Positions 44,871-55,016 of a DNA stretch of 64,000 nucleotides are shown here, piece after piece (within the stretch, counting starts at the first letter, position 1; the number at the start of each line of letters is the position of its first letter). This DNA is from Naegleria gruberi (lineage: Eukaryota): NCBI GenBank assembly GCA_000004985.1, contig GG738858.1, one strand, 5' to 3'. The position numbers were made by a program, and so were the translations under genes. The notes under the pieces are model-generated. The model worked only from the letters and a program-made list of their open reading frames with translations, did no database searches and was not told where the DNA came from.

Positions 44871-45673
44871 TGAGTGTAGTGATTGAGGTTTTTTTTTTGA
44901 GTATTAAGAGCTACTTCGCGATTGACGAGTTTAACGGTTTTTACAATTTACCAAGCCTTTGACCGTTACAAAAAAAAGGTGTCTCCAAATGTTCAACACA
45001 AACTGCCCTTAGGAAGAACCAAGCGTAAAATACAGTTTCCAAAAATTTGAAGCTCTTCACTGTTGTGAATGAATCAGAGCAAGATGAACCATCAGACATC
45101 ATCTAGATGAGATCTAACTGTGTAATTATGATACAGATAGTTATCTTTGATCGGAGGGATTATATTAATTGATAATAATAATTATATTTAATAGTGATTA
45201 AATGTTGTTAATAATTAACTAACATGGCAATTTTGATGAACAATCTCTTCTCATTAATCAATATATTAAATTAGAAATGGATATTAGACAGTTCTATCAC
45301 ATATTTCATCAGCCGGCACTTTGATAAAGGGAGATTGAATGTGCCACTTCTCCTATCAATAGTTGTCTAATGATTCATCTCTTCGCGTTAGTTGGATTAA
45401 TCTATTTGAGTGCGATTGACTATGAAAGCACAGATACCAACACAACTTCTATCATCAATTGTTGTTTGTATGGGTAGAGATTGTATTTATCTCAAGAAAA
45501 AGACTTAACAAGAAACATCTATTATCATTGCAATAATAATAATATTATCAAATTGATAAAGAGGAAGTTAGAATTAAATCTTCATCATCAAATCCTTTAT
45601 TCTCTCTTGGAAGGAGTAATAATAGTATTAATATTAATAACAATAATAGGAAAAACACAAAGGAGAGGAAATA

Positions 45674-47968
45674 ATGTCCTCCTCATCTCTAGTACTGAAT
45701 TCCATAGAGGAATCTGGAAGAAATATTACACTGGATGAATTTAGAACATCGATTTCTTCACCACATGTTGGCACGCCTGGAGAAGGAATGGATATTTCCA
45801 TTCACTTCTCAATGGAACCAGTAGTTAAAACAACACCCGCTCATGTCTATGCCCTTAGTGACGGTGAAGGATCCATTACAGAGAGACATTTTCCTTCGTC
45901 TCCTCTTTCTACATCAAGTAGTCATGTAAAACGAGTTTCTAAAACTCTCGTTGCTCTTTCTAAATGTATACTAGTGAATGGTAATAACAACAATGTTTCT
46001 TCCCCTAGCTCACCAACTAAAAAGGAGCAATTGAATGGAAGTTTCTATGCTGATAATGATTGTGTTATTGTAGTTCCTCCAGGATCTGTTGCTGAGTCTT
46101 TCAATTCATTGAGTCCTCGTGCTCCAGAACTATCACCAATATTGTCGAGTAGTGGTAACATTGATGCTAAACTGGTGATTGATAGACTTACTGAAATGAT
46201 TAAAAATAATGAAATGCCCTCAACGAGAAAAGTGACACCTCAAACATATTCCTGCCCAAGCTCTCCAAAGTCTCCTTGCTCTGACTCTTGTAGTACATTC
46301 AGTCAGGACGATGATTGTGATGGTACTCTCATTGGACCGAGTGTTATACAATGTATTACTAATGAAATGTTATGGCCTCAACACTCTTTTTGTTCCTTAT
46401 GCCATTTAGCGGCCAAGTATAATAGTGTAGAAGTTTTGGGATGGTTAAAGGATTGTTGTTGTGATGAGGAATGTACTGGTAGCCATTCAACTACTACTGA
46501 AATGCTTGTAGAACATACGGTTCCAACTCCTGTCGATGCGTCAGCTGTTCAATCTGTCTCCCCTTACTCTATCAACGATTGTCAGTCACCACTCTCAGGC
46601 AAGCCAACTCCAACAAATGATACTTTTTCTACTAACTCTGTAATTTCCAACACTACCTCTTATATGTCTGGTCATTTTCATAATAATGATCATCAACATA
46701 ATTCCTCTTCATCGCCTTCTCATCAAGCTCACCACTCTAATAGCTGTTTGAATAGACAGAGAGAGTTATGGAGTATTGTAGATAATCAGTCCTCATCACC
46801 ATTAATGTATGCCGTTCATTCAGGATCTCATGATGCTTCCGTTTTTCTTTGTTCTCAGCCAACTGTACAGAATCAACTCAATTTTACACGAGATAAGTTT
46901 GGAAATCTTCCCATTGTTCTAGCATTGAAAAAGAGAGATTTTGAGTTGTGTGACATTCTTCAATTATTTGGAGCCAAGATAGATACTATAGGTGGAGTTC
47001 AATTGGGAGAAAGTTTACTTCATTCTGCTTTGAGAGAAAGAGATGTGACTACAGCCGAATATTTAATAAGAAAGAATCCAAAAATTATACTGAAGAAAAA
47101 TCAAAGAGATGAAATCCCATTATTTAGATGTCTTACAGATAATAGACCTACCAGTGTGAATAAGCTAATTACCATTAGTCTTCCTGGAGATTCTCAAAAA
47201 TCTCCCAGTCTTAGATCGAATAGGGTTTCAATTAGAGAGACTCATAAGGTTGGAGAGCACTCTCTTGCACTTTCTCAATTTTTGCAGAAATCAACCGAGT
47301 GGATTGATATCGAGCTCATTGAAAAGTCAATCAGCTCTAAAAATTCGTTTGGAAGAAACTTACTTTTGGAGGCTGTTGCAATCAATGATGTTGACTCGAC
47401 TAAGGTGATTTGTGAGTTTATCAGCCAAAACTATTCTTCATTTGAAACACAAAGCAATTCAAAAAGAGTCAAATCTTACGAGGACATTATTTTAGATACA
47501 GATAAGATTTACTTTATGAATATAATTCAAACAGCAGTTTCTTCAAGCTTACAAGTTATACAGAACAGAAGAGAGGAATTTTTATATGTATTTGCTGGAT
47601 TGAAATGGTTGATAGACTGGTTAGATAGCATGTTTAATCAACCATTCAGCACAATATCTTTGCATGGTATGTTGGCCTTCAAAGATTCGAGAGGGTTAAC
47701 TGCTTTTGATATGGCGAGTAAGGATAAGGAATCTTGTGCGTTCAGTACAATAATGTCTCAATTTCTTGTTGAGACAGAATCAAGGTGGAAACCAACCAAA
47801 GCACAACACCAATCAATGGTTCTTACAAAACGACGTTCATCTATTAGTTTATCTGCCAAAAGTACTTCCTCAACTCCCAACAGTCCTTCTTCTCCATCAA
47901 GTGGTGGACTATTCTCAAAGCTCAAATCTAAATTTCACAAGCACACATCTTCAAGGCAGTTAAAATAA
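45674..47968 (+). CDS. Ankyrin-repeat protein with S/T-rich N-terminal half
   Basis: ANK-like repeats in the C-terminal half (LMYAVHSGSHDASVFL..., GESLLHSALRERDVTTAEYLIRK); 764 aa, intronless. Confidence 0.6.
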   Translation: MSSSSLVLNSIEESGRNITLDEFRTSISSPHVGTPGEGMDISIHFSMEPVVKTTPAHVYALSDGEGSITERHFPSSPLSTSSSHVKRVSKTLVALSKCILVNGNNNNVSSPSSPTKKEQLNGSFYADNDCVIVVPPGSVAESFNSLSPRAPELSPILSSSGNIDAKLVIDRLTEMIKNNEMPSTRKVTPQTYSCPSSPKSPCSDSCSTFSQDDDCDGTLIGPSVIQCITNEMLWPQHSFCSLCHLAAKYNSVEVLGWLKDCCCDEECTGSHSTTTEMLVEHTVPTPVDASAVQSVSPYSINDCQSPLSGKPTPTNDTFSTNSVISNTTSYMSGHFHNNDHQHNSSSSPSHQAHHSNSCLNRQRELWSIVDNQSSSPLMYAVHSGSHDASVFLCSQPTVQNQLNFTRDKFGNLPIVLALKKRDFELCDILQLFGAKIDTIGGVQLGESLLHSALRERDVTTAEYLIRKNPKIILKKNQRDEIPLFRCLTDNRPTSVNKLITISLPGDSQKSPSLRSNRVSIRETHKVGEHSLALSQFLQKSTEWIDIELIEKSISSKNSFGRNLLLEAVAINDVDSTKVICEFISQNYSSFETQSNSKRVKSYEDIILDTDKIYFMNIIQTAVSSSLQVIQNRREEFLYVFAGLKWLIDWLDSMFNQPFSTISLHGMLAFKDSRGLTAFDMASKDKESCAFSTIMSQFLVETESRWKPTKAQHQSMVLTKRRSSISLSAKSTSSTPNSPSSPSSGGLFSKLKSKFHKHTSSRQLK

Positions 47969-47974
47969 ACAATA

Positions 47975-48958
47975 TTAGATTTTGCTCAAGTCAACTTCTG
48001 CTAGAATTCCCAAATGGTCCGAGACAAGAATTTCCGAACCATTCTCCAATTTGGTTTTCCACTCAATAAGTTTGTAGGATAACTTGTCATCATTTGTTTG
48101 TTTTGGTACTGTAACTAGCACTCTATCCAAACATTCATCTTTGTGAGTTTCTGGATGTGTAGATCTATCACCCAAAACATCTCTAAATTCATATTTTTCA
48201 TGGTATTGACTACACACTCTTTCATTCAATTTTCCCATAATTTCCTCATAGAAAGGATCTGATCTCGAACAAATATTGAAATCACCAGCAATTACAATAG
48301 ACTGCTTTTCATGTTTGTTTTTTAAAAAGCTTGGCATGGTACATTCTCTAACAAATGTTGTGAGCTCATCAAGTTGACCTCTTCTAACTTCTGTATCGTG
48401 TGCATCCATATGAAGAGTGAAAAGAAAGATAATTCCTTCTTGTGGATGTCTCACTTTTGTGAACAAAATTCCTTTAGCAGTGACATAATCATTCCACGAA
48501 GCATTTTGAAAAACATAATTCTTACATGTCATGATTGGAAATTTACTCAAAATAACCAATCCAGAATCTTGACACATTGGTGATGGATCATCACTAATGG
48601 CCACATGATAATTCAATTTCAATGCCTTCTTCACCAATGTTGAGTGATAGGAATTACTAAACATTTCCATCCAAACATTTCCAAATCTAAAAACTTCTTG
48701 CAAACAAACAAAATCAAATTCTGGACAAATAAATTGTTTAGGAACAGGTCGTGTAGGAGTCTTTCGTATTGCTTTTCCATTATTATTCTTCGGAAGAGTT
48801 TTTTCCGATTGACTTTCATCATCTGTTATTTTCACAGTACATCCCTCCTCTTTCAACTTTTGCATAAATCCTTCGGTTCTTTCCTGTTTGTGTGGAGGTG
48901 GTGCTTTACGGATCGCCAAGGAATTGATGAGCCATAAATTCTGTGTGAGTACTTTCAT
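47975..48958 (-). CDS. Endonuclease/exonuclease/phosphatase-fold enzyme, neutral-sphingomyelinase-like
   Basis: MKVLTQNLW N-terminus, catalytic-type D/N/H residues and C-terminal ...VSDHLGI typical of Mg-dependent nSMase-type enzymes; start taken at the ATG with aaaaATG context (ORF table 48985). Confidence 0.5.
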   Translation of the reverse strand: MKVLTQNLWLINSLAIRKAPPPHKQERTEGFMQKLKEEGCTVKITDDESQSEKTLPKNNNGKAIRKTPTRPVPKQFICPEFDFVCLQEVFRFGNVWMEMFSNSYHSTLVKKALKLNYHVAISDDPSPMCQDSGLVILSKFPIMTCKNYVFQNASWNDYVTAKGILFTKVRHPQEGIIFLFTLHMDAHDTEVRRGQLDELTTFVRECTMPSFLKNKHEKQSIVIAGDFNICSRSDPFYEEIMGKLNERVCSQYHEKYEFRDVLGDRSTHPETHKDECLDRVLVTVPKQTNDDKLSYKLIEWKTKLENGSEILVSDHLGILAEVDLSKI

Positions 48959-49067
48959 TTTTTTTAATTTGGTTTTTAGAATCACATTGTAAACAAGTTC
49001 ATTATTTCAATAATTTAAATAATTATTGAGTTTAGTGTATTATAATTATGTGAAAGAGCTAATAAAT

Positions 49068-49847
49068 TTAGGGATAGATAATGTATCTGGTCCATGATGA
49101 ATCATCAGTATTCTTTTCATAGACAATTCTGTCAGCCATTCTGTGAAGACCTTCCTGATAGAATTCGAAACGTGTTGGTTTGACAATGTATCCACACCAA
49201 TAATCTGGACATTCTGATAAATCCTTATGGGAATTTTCTTCAAACTTCTCCCACATGCCTTCTCTTCCCATTTCACATCGATCTGATTGAGGACATGTGT
49301 TAATATTAACTCGATATTCTGGAACTTCATTCTTATAATTTTCAATGACCTTTTCTCTGGAAACTTGATGGGCAATTCCTTCAACTCTGACTTGTCTAAT
49401 AATTGGCAATGTAAACATAAAATTGAGAGCTACCTTATTATTTGTCTGAATATCAATTCCCTTTCTTGATTGACCATTCGTAAAGAATGTAAATCCTTCA
49501 TCATTAATTTCCTTACAAATAATCTTTCTACTCGAAGGTTGCAAACTTTGTGCATTACAAGTAACAAAATCAGCCGAAATATTAGCAATCATCAATTTTG
49601 TAAGCATGGATTGCTTTTCAATAATTCCATTCGATTCGGAAATGTTCATATTTTGTTTAATAAAATCATTACTCAAACCCAACCAATACTTGTACTTTCC
49701 AATCGGATCCTGACTATAAACATCTTGATCTTCATTATTCAATGGAATTTGATTTTTCCATTCATCGGCACTCGATAAAAATCCAAGCGTTAAGCCACGT
49801 GGAAGATTGGTCTGATTCATTTTTTTTTTGATTTTACAATGAAGCAT
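49068..49847 (-). CDS. Pyridoxamine 5'-phosphate oxidase
   Basis: IIRQVRVEGIAHQVSREKVIENY and C-terminal EFYQEGLHRMADRIVY motifs match the PNPOx family. Confidence 0.85.
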   Translation of the reverse strand: MLHCKIKKKMNQTNLPRGLTLGFLSSADEWKNQIPLNNEDQDVYSQDPIGKYKYWLGLSNDFIKQNMNISESNGIIEKQSMLTKLMIANISADFVTCNAQSLQPSSRKIICKEINDEGFTFFTNGQSRKGIDIQTNNKVALNFMFTLPIIRQVRVEGIAHQVSREKVIENYKNEVPEYRVNINTCPQSDRCEMGREGMWEKFEENSHKDLSECPDYWCGYIVKPTRFEFYQEGLHRMADRIVYEKNTDDSSWTRYIIYP

Positions 49848-50077
49848 AGTTGTGGTTACTTTGTGCTGTGTGGTTACTGTTAAGTTTGTTAATGAGGAAC
49901 GAATGAAGAGAAGGTTCGGATGTTACCTTATTAGTAGATAATTTACAGTTCTTAATAAGATATGAATCCGATGCAACTCTATGTGTTGTGGAATTTTGAA
50001 ATTTGTCTGTATTCATTAATATTCCTGATAAGAAATGCTCTTTTTAAATTGATTGATTCATATTACATTCATACTAC

Positions 50078-50863
50078 ATGGTGTATGTAACATTTTCTCC
50101 AGATTCCATTTCAAAAAAAATGTTTAGACAAGGAAAAGTGGGTCCATTCGCTCTCAAGTTAAAATCATCATCCAGTAGAAGATTCTATTCTAATCAATTT
50201 GATAAGAATGATGAAATTACTTATTCACTCTATGAACAAGGAATTAAAATCAAACATTGGACTTGCCTTCCAGCTAATCGGAGTATTCCATTTGCTGAGA
50301 TAAAGGAAATTGTCATTCCAAATTATAGTGCACGAAGTAATAATTCATATTTGTGTGCGATAGCAAAGTATGATAGGGAGATTTATGAGGTGAGAACTCG
50401 ATTGAATGAAATTTATTCACTTTCACCAAGAACATGTTTGGAATTACCTCAATTTAGCAAGTGGTATAAGATTTTTACAGAACGCCAAATTCCAATTTAT
50501 GATCAAGGATCTGATTGCATTTGGAAAGATATTAACAAACCATTTCTTTTTGATAAAAAGGTCACAATAAGTGAAAATATTGAATTATTACATGAGCATT
50601 ACAAAATTCCAAAACAAGAATTGAAAGAATTATATGAAAAAATTGAAAATCCAATGAATGAGTATGTGAAATTGAATATTGAGAAGTTCTGCACTCCCCT
50701 CTATTCAGATCTTTACATAAAAAAGGAATGGATTGAGTTGGGATTTTCAGATACATTGGCAGCCATGCAAAGTTCAGAATTTAATCAATTTGCTATTGAG
50801 TTTACTCTTAAATATGAGGATAGATCAAATTGGAAGATTGTAAATGGTGTTAATGTTTTATAA
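50078..50863 (+). CDS. Hypothetical protein
   Basis: 261-aa ORF; no recognisable family; start ambiguous (MVYV... or MFRQG...). Confidence 0.35.
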   Translation: MVYVTFSPDSISKKMFRQGKVGPFALKLKSSSSRRFYSNQFDKNDEITYSLYEQGIKIKHWTCLPANRSIPFAEIKEIVIPNYSARSNNSYLCAIAKYDREIYEVRTRLNEIYSLSPRTCLELPQFSKWYKIFTERQIPIYDQGSDCIWKDINKPFLFDKKVTISENIELLHEHYKIPKQELKELYEKIENPMNEYVKLNIEKFCTPLYSDLYIKKEWIELGFSDTLAAMQSSEFNQFAIEFTLKYEDRSNWKIVNGVNVL

Positions 50864-51071
50864 ACCATGTTAATGAGATTATTCTTAAATATTTTTACAT
50901 CATGTAAGGTCGCAATTCAACAACTTTCGGATATTGATAAAAGGGAGGATAATTCGGACTGTTTGATATCCTTACAATCAATTTATTCGAAATAGAATTG
51001 AGAAAATAGAAGAAACAATACTTGGTTAATAAATTATTTAATTGGTGCCTTTGTACAAAATTTAAATCTCT

Positions 51072-51677
51072 TTACTCATCAGTATATTTGGAAGGTGAAA
51101 AGAATGAAAATATTTCCTCATTCATTAAATAAAAGTTTCTATTATCATAAACTTCCATCATTATTTTAGAAAATGCTTCTGATCTTTGTTTGATAATTTC
51201 ATCAGTTTTCCAATTGATTAATGAATCCCATTTTTCCTTTTCTGGAAAAGTTAATGTTTCATTATTATATACAATTTGTCCTTGTTTCAATCCAACCATT
51301 CTATCAAACAATTCCTTGAAATGAGTATATCTTCTCCTCAGTGTATAGGAAACAATTTCCTTCTCCAACAAGTAACTCACTTTCACCAAATAATAAACCG
51401 AATGTTGATTGGAAAAGAATGAAAATCCATCTCCTTCACTGCCACCCATCTTTTCAGTTCCTGCAACTTGAAACGATTGGAAATTTTGAATCTTTCTCTG
51501 TAAATCATTACCTCCAACTACTGATGGAGTAGATAGGGACCCTCCGATGGAAATACTTGTCGTGTTGTTGTTGGCAGTAGTACTACCTTGAGAAGCCAAT
51601 GTTGTTGTTGATGAGGATGTCTCATCCTGTAAAGGAATATTAACAATAACTGATGAAGAATCTTCTTGGGGCATCAT
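51072..51677 (-). CDS. PX-domain (sorting-nexin-like) protein
   Basis: YTLRRRYTHFKELFDRM matches the PX consensus RRYSDF..L; 201 aa. Confidence 0.55.
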   Translation of the reverse strand: MMPQEDSSSVIVNIPLQDETSSSTTTLASQGSTTANNNTTSISIGGSLSTPSVVGGNDLQRKIQNFQSFQVAGTEKMGGSEGDGFSFFSNQHSVYYLVKVSYLLEKEIVSYTLRRRYTHFKELFDRMVGLKQGQIVYNNETLTFPEKEKWDSLINWKTDEIIKQRSEAFSKIMMEVYDNRNFYLMNEEIFSFFSPSKYTDE

Positions 51678-51949
51678 TTTTTGATTTTTTTTGAGTTTTA
51701 GTTTTTCAAAGTTTTCTGAGGGAAGAGAAATCGAACGCTCGGGGTTGATGTTTTAGTCCGATTATGGCGATTGATTATTAATCCTGTAGTGCGGTTCATT
51801 GAGTGAGTGGATTCGTGTTTTTGCATGTGCTGTTGTGAGGATTGTAATGATGGAGGGGATTTACGGTTAATTTCTTCAAAAATTGGATATTGAGCTCAGT
51901 ACTGAGGTTTGTTGTTTACAATGTTTGTAAAAACATGTTAATTTATTTC

Positions 51950-52354
51950 CTACCATGAATCACTCACTTCAAAATAAAGCATAAAAACTTTAGGAATTCC
52001 AATATATCTGTGTTCTTCTCTAAATCCACCTCCATAAGAATTGTAACTAAAATAAAACTTGAAACTTTGTAAAGTAGTTGGATTGATATTGCAATCATTT
52101 CTCAAAATTTCCTTCAATCTTGCAAACCATTCAAACTTTTCAAACTCTTCCAAAGTATTCACTTCCACCAGATCGGATTTATCACCAAAATCTCTGTTCA
52201 TAATCTTACCCAAACTTTCTGCATTAAATTTTGTAAAATTGGTAACTTCTCCTTCTCTCAAATCAAAGAATTTAGTGATTTTATCGTTTGTGTTCATCAC
52301 TGTTGGATTTTCTTCTTGAATTTGTGAGAGGTGATGATAAAGTGATTGCGACAT
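51950..52354 (-). CDS. Hypothetical protein
   Basis: 134-aa ORF with an aaaaATG context. Confidence 0.35.
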   Translation of the reverse strand: MSQSLYHHLSQIQEENPTVMNTNDKITKFFDLREGEVTNFTKFNAESLGKIMNRDFGDKSDLVEVNTLEEFEKFEWFARLKEILRNDCNINPTTLQSFKFYFSYNSYGGGFREEHRYIGIPKVFMLYFEVSDSW

Positions 52355-52522
52355 TTTTTTTAAAGTTTTTTTGCAATTAGATGAACTTGGGAACAGGAAT
52401 CAAAATGATGTTCAAGTGATAAATTTATTGAAATCAAATTGATTGATTGGAGAATGAGAGAATTTTTTGTACACAATGAAAAGAAGACGAGTTTATTGTC
52501 GATTTTGAAGTGTTGTTTTAGT

Positions 52523-54727
52523 TTACATTTCAAAGGTTTCTCTGTGAATGTGAAAATGAACACCACTTTCTTTGGCAACTTTTCTGGAGGCATTGTAGAC
52601 ATCGATATTCATTTGATTTGGACCACAAACAATGATTGCAGCGCTGTTATCAAAGCATCCAACTGTTTCTGATATTAAAGTGAGATATTCTACAAAGTTA
52701 GGTCTTGAATTATAGTGAACTCGATTATTGTAAGCATCTGATGAGTTGATTTTCAAAGAATTTGATGCAGAAGAGGTTACGTAAAAGGATTGTTTCACAT
52801 TCGAATACCTTTCGAGTAGTGATGGGAACATAGTCATGAGGTTTTCATCTTTCATTGTCCAAATAACAAAGATATTCTTTTGTAATGCGTGTTTTGAGTT
52901 ATTGGTCAACTCTTCAAATATTGCATTAATTGGAGTCACTCCAATTCCACCAGCAATCAATACAACATTCGAATAAGAATTGACATCAAGAGATAACTTT
53001 CCATAAGGACCTTCAACTCGTGCAAATATTGATGAAGCACAACATTTTCTCTTGACTGCAAAATCTGCAACATCTTTCGACCATCCCTTTCCATTATTTT
53101 TCACATGGCAAGTAAATTCAACGCTCTGAGGTAGCTTTTCATAGCTGCTGATTGTTAATGGATGTGATTGGAAGAGTGAAACTCCTGGAATGCAAACATG
53201 GACAAACTTGGCCATTCCCAAGCTTTCAGTTGACCACATGCCAAGGTTTGATTTCTCAAAAACAATCTTTGTCACTTGGCACTTTTCATCATATTCCATT
53301 TTGACAACCTTTGTTGGAAGAACATAACCAAAAACGAAACGAAGTAAATAGTCAACTAGTAGCAAACCGATCGCAACACCAAGAACTGGCAATGTTCTTT
53401 CCCAACCTCTTGCATGAATTGAAGAGAAAACCAAAACAACAGGAGCCAAGATGACATGAACAACCTTGAATAGTTCCCAACACTTTCGTCTGATTATTTC
53501 AATTGAGAATAAACTCATAATGACCATGGCAATCCATGCTATTGTTCCAAACAAGATATATCCATTAGCTCTCACACTGACAAGTCTTTCCAGATTTCCT
53601 TTCATTCCCATTGGTATGGCCATGAATATTCCATGGAGTGTGGTTACAAGGAGAGTCAACAAGGAACACCACTTGTGATATTTGATTGCTCTTTCGAAAG
53701 AGATACCAAATATAAAGACAAATGCTGAGTATCTTGTGATTGGTAGGATGGTTGTTGTAAGAGTAATGACACTTGCGTAACCAAACGCTTTCCCAATTTT
53801 GGATAAAATTGGTGAAGAGTTGTTGAAATAGCCGAAACAAAACCAGACAGAAGTAAGCATGAGATGAATGATAATGAGTGTAATTTCACCAATGGTCAAC
53901 TCTAAAATGGGATTCAACCACGAACCAATAAATTCGTTTCTAATCAAATTTGAAAATTTTGTGTGAAAAACTAAACTGATGAAGAAGTTCTTTTCCTTCC
54001 TTGAAATGAACACATAGGACATTCCAGCTAGGGTCATTAAAAGTGCCACAGAACCTGTTGCAATCAGATGGAACTGTATCAATGGTTGTTTAATCAAGTT
54101 TAGGATACCAACATGAGTCATTAAATTAATGTTGAATTGACCATATGAAGAATGAACTTTTGTGACATCAATTGAGTTGGAATTGATTGCCCAACTTATT
54201 CCCACAGTTGCATTTCTTATTGGTTTGTCTGCCAGAACATCACCTGTATCAACCTTTCGAATAAATTTCAATGTAGTTACCCCATTCACAAATGAACCTG
54301 TGACTTGCAAAATATCATTGGTACCTCCAAATATCGAATCATTCTTTGGAATTGATTTACCAGGCATCCAATCATCATAAAGAATTGGCAAATTATTCTC
54401 CTGGTCAAAGAATCCAATAAAACAATCGGCTTGATTCATTCCAGTCTTGTTAAAATCTAAACCAATCGAAAGCCATCCACGAGTTTTAGCCACTATGGCC
54501 ATCTCGATAATGTCATCACCTTGTATAATTCCTGTTTGCTGAGTGTGAAATTTCCAATAGAAACTTAGCATATCTGTTTGGACACTTGATGGATATTCAT
54601 TGGTAGACACAGTGATAGTGTTCATGTCTGAGAGGATGTTTGCAATGAGCATGCATAGTGATATGAGAAGGAGGACTAATTGTTGAACATTCCATGAAAG
54701 ATTTCTTCTGCAACTTGTAGATGACAT
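52523..54727 (-). CDS. NOX/ferric-reductase-type transmembrane oxidoreductase with N-terminal extracellular DOMON-like domain
   Basis: Signal peptide plus ~200-aa DOMON-like segment (WLSIGLDFNKTGMNQADCFIGFF); heme-binding His pairs in TM helices; FAD motif HPLTISS; NADPH motif VVLIAGGIGVTP. Confidence 0.75.
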   Translation of the reverse strand: MSSTSCRRNLSWNVQQLVLLLISLCMLIANILSDMNTITVSTNEYPSSVQTDMLSFYWKFHTQQTGIIQGDDIIEMAIVAKTRGWLSIGLDFNKTGMNQADCFIGFFDQENNLPILYDDWMPGKSIPKNDSIFGGTNDILQVTGSFVNGVTTLKFIRKVDTGDVLADKPIRNATVGISWAINSNSIDVTKVHSSYGQFNINLMTHVGILNLIKQPLIQFHLIATGSVALLMTLAGMSYVFISRKEKNFFISLVFHTKFSNLIRNEFIGSWLNPILELTIGEITLIIIHLMLTSVWFCFGYFNNSSPILSKIGKAFGYASVITLTTTILPITRYSAFVFIFGISFERAIKYHKWCSLLTLLVTTLHGIFMAIPMGMKGNLERLVSVRANGYILFGTIAWIAMVIMSLFSIEIIRRKCWELFKVVHVILAPVVLVFSSIHARGWERTLPVLGVAIGLLLVDYLLRFVFGYVLPTKVVKMEYDEKCQVTKIVFEKSNLGMWSTESLGMAKFVHVCIPGVSLFQSHPLTISSYEKLPQSVEFTCHVKNNGKGWSKDVADFAVKRKCCASSIFARVEGPYGKLSLDVNSYSNVVLIAGGIGVTPINAIFEELTNNSKHALQKNIFVIWTMKDENLMTMFPSLLERYSNVKQSFYVTSSASNSLKINSSDAYNNRVHYNSRPNFVEYLTLISETVGCFDNSAAIIVCGPNQMNIDVYNASRKVAKESGVHFHIHRETFEM

Positions 54728-55016
54728 TGTGTTGTTTCGTATGGTTTTGTTTGGGTTTTTTCAAAGTGGAGTAATGATATTAAAGGGTCAAAAAACCAAA
54801 TTCTTTTTTAATAAGAATGCAATAAACTAAAGCTTTCGTCTGGAGAATTTAAACAATTTTCACAGATTTTGAGAATTGTAAGGAGGCCGCTTTTGTAATT
54901 CCTCCAGATTTTTAGATGGATTTTTGTTGAGTGGAAATATTGAGTTGTTACTAGAGGCATGAAAGTTCTACAAATGGAGTTCCATGATTATTAAATAAGT
55001 TGTAGAAACTGTATTC

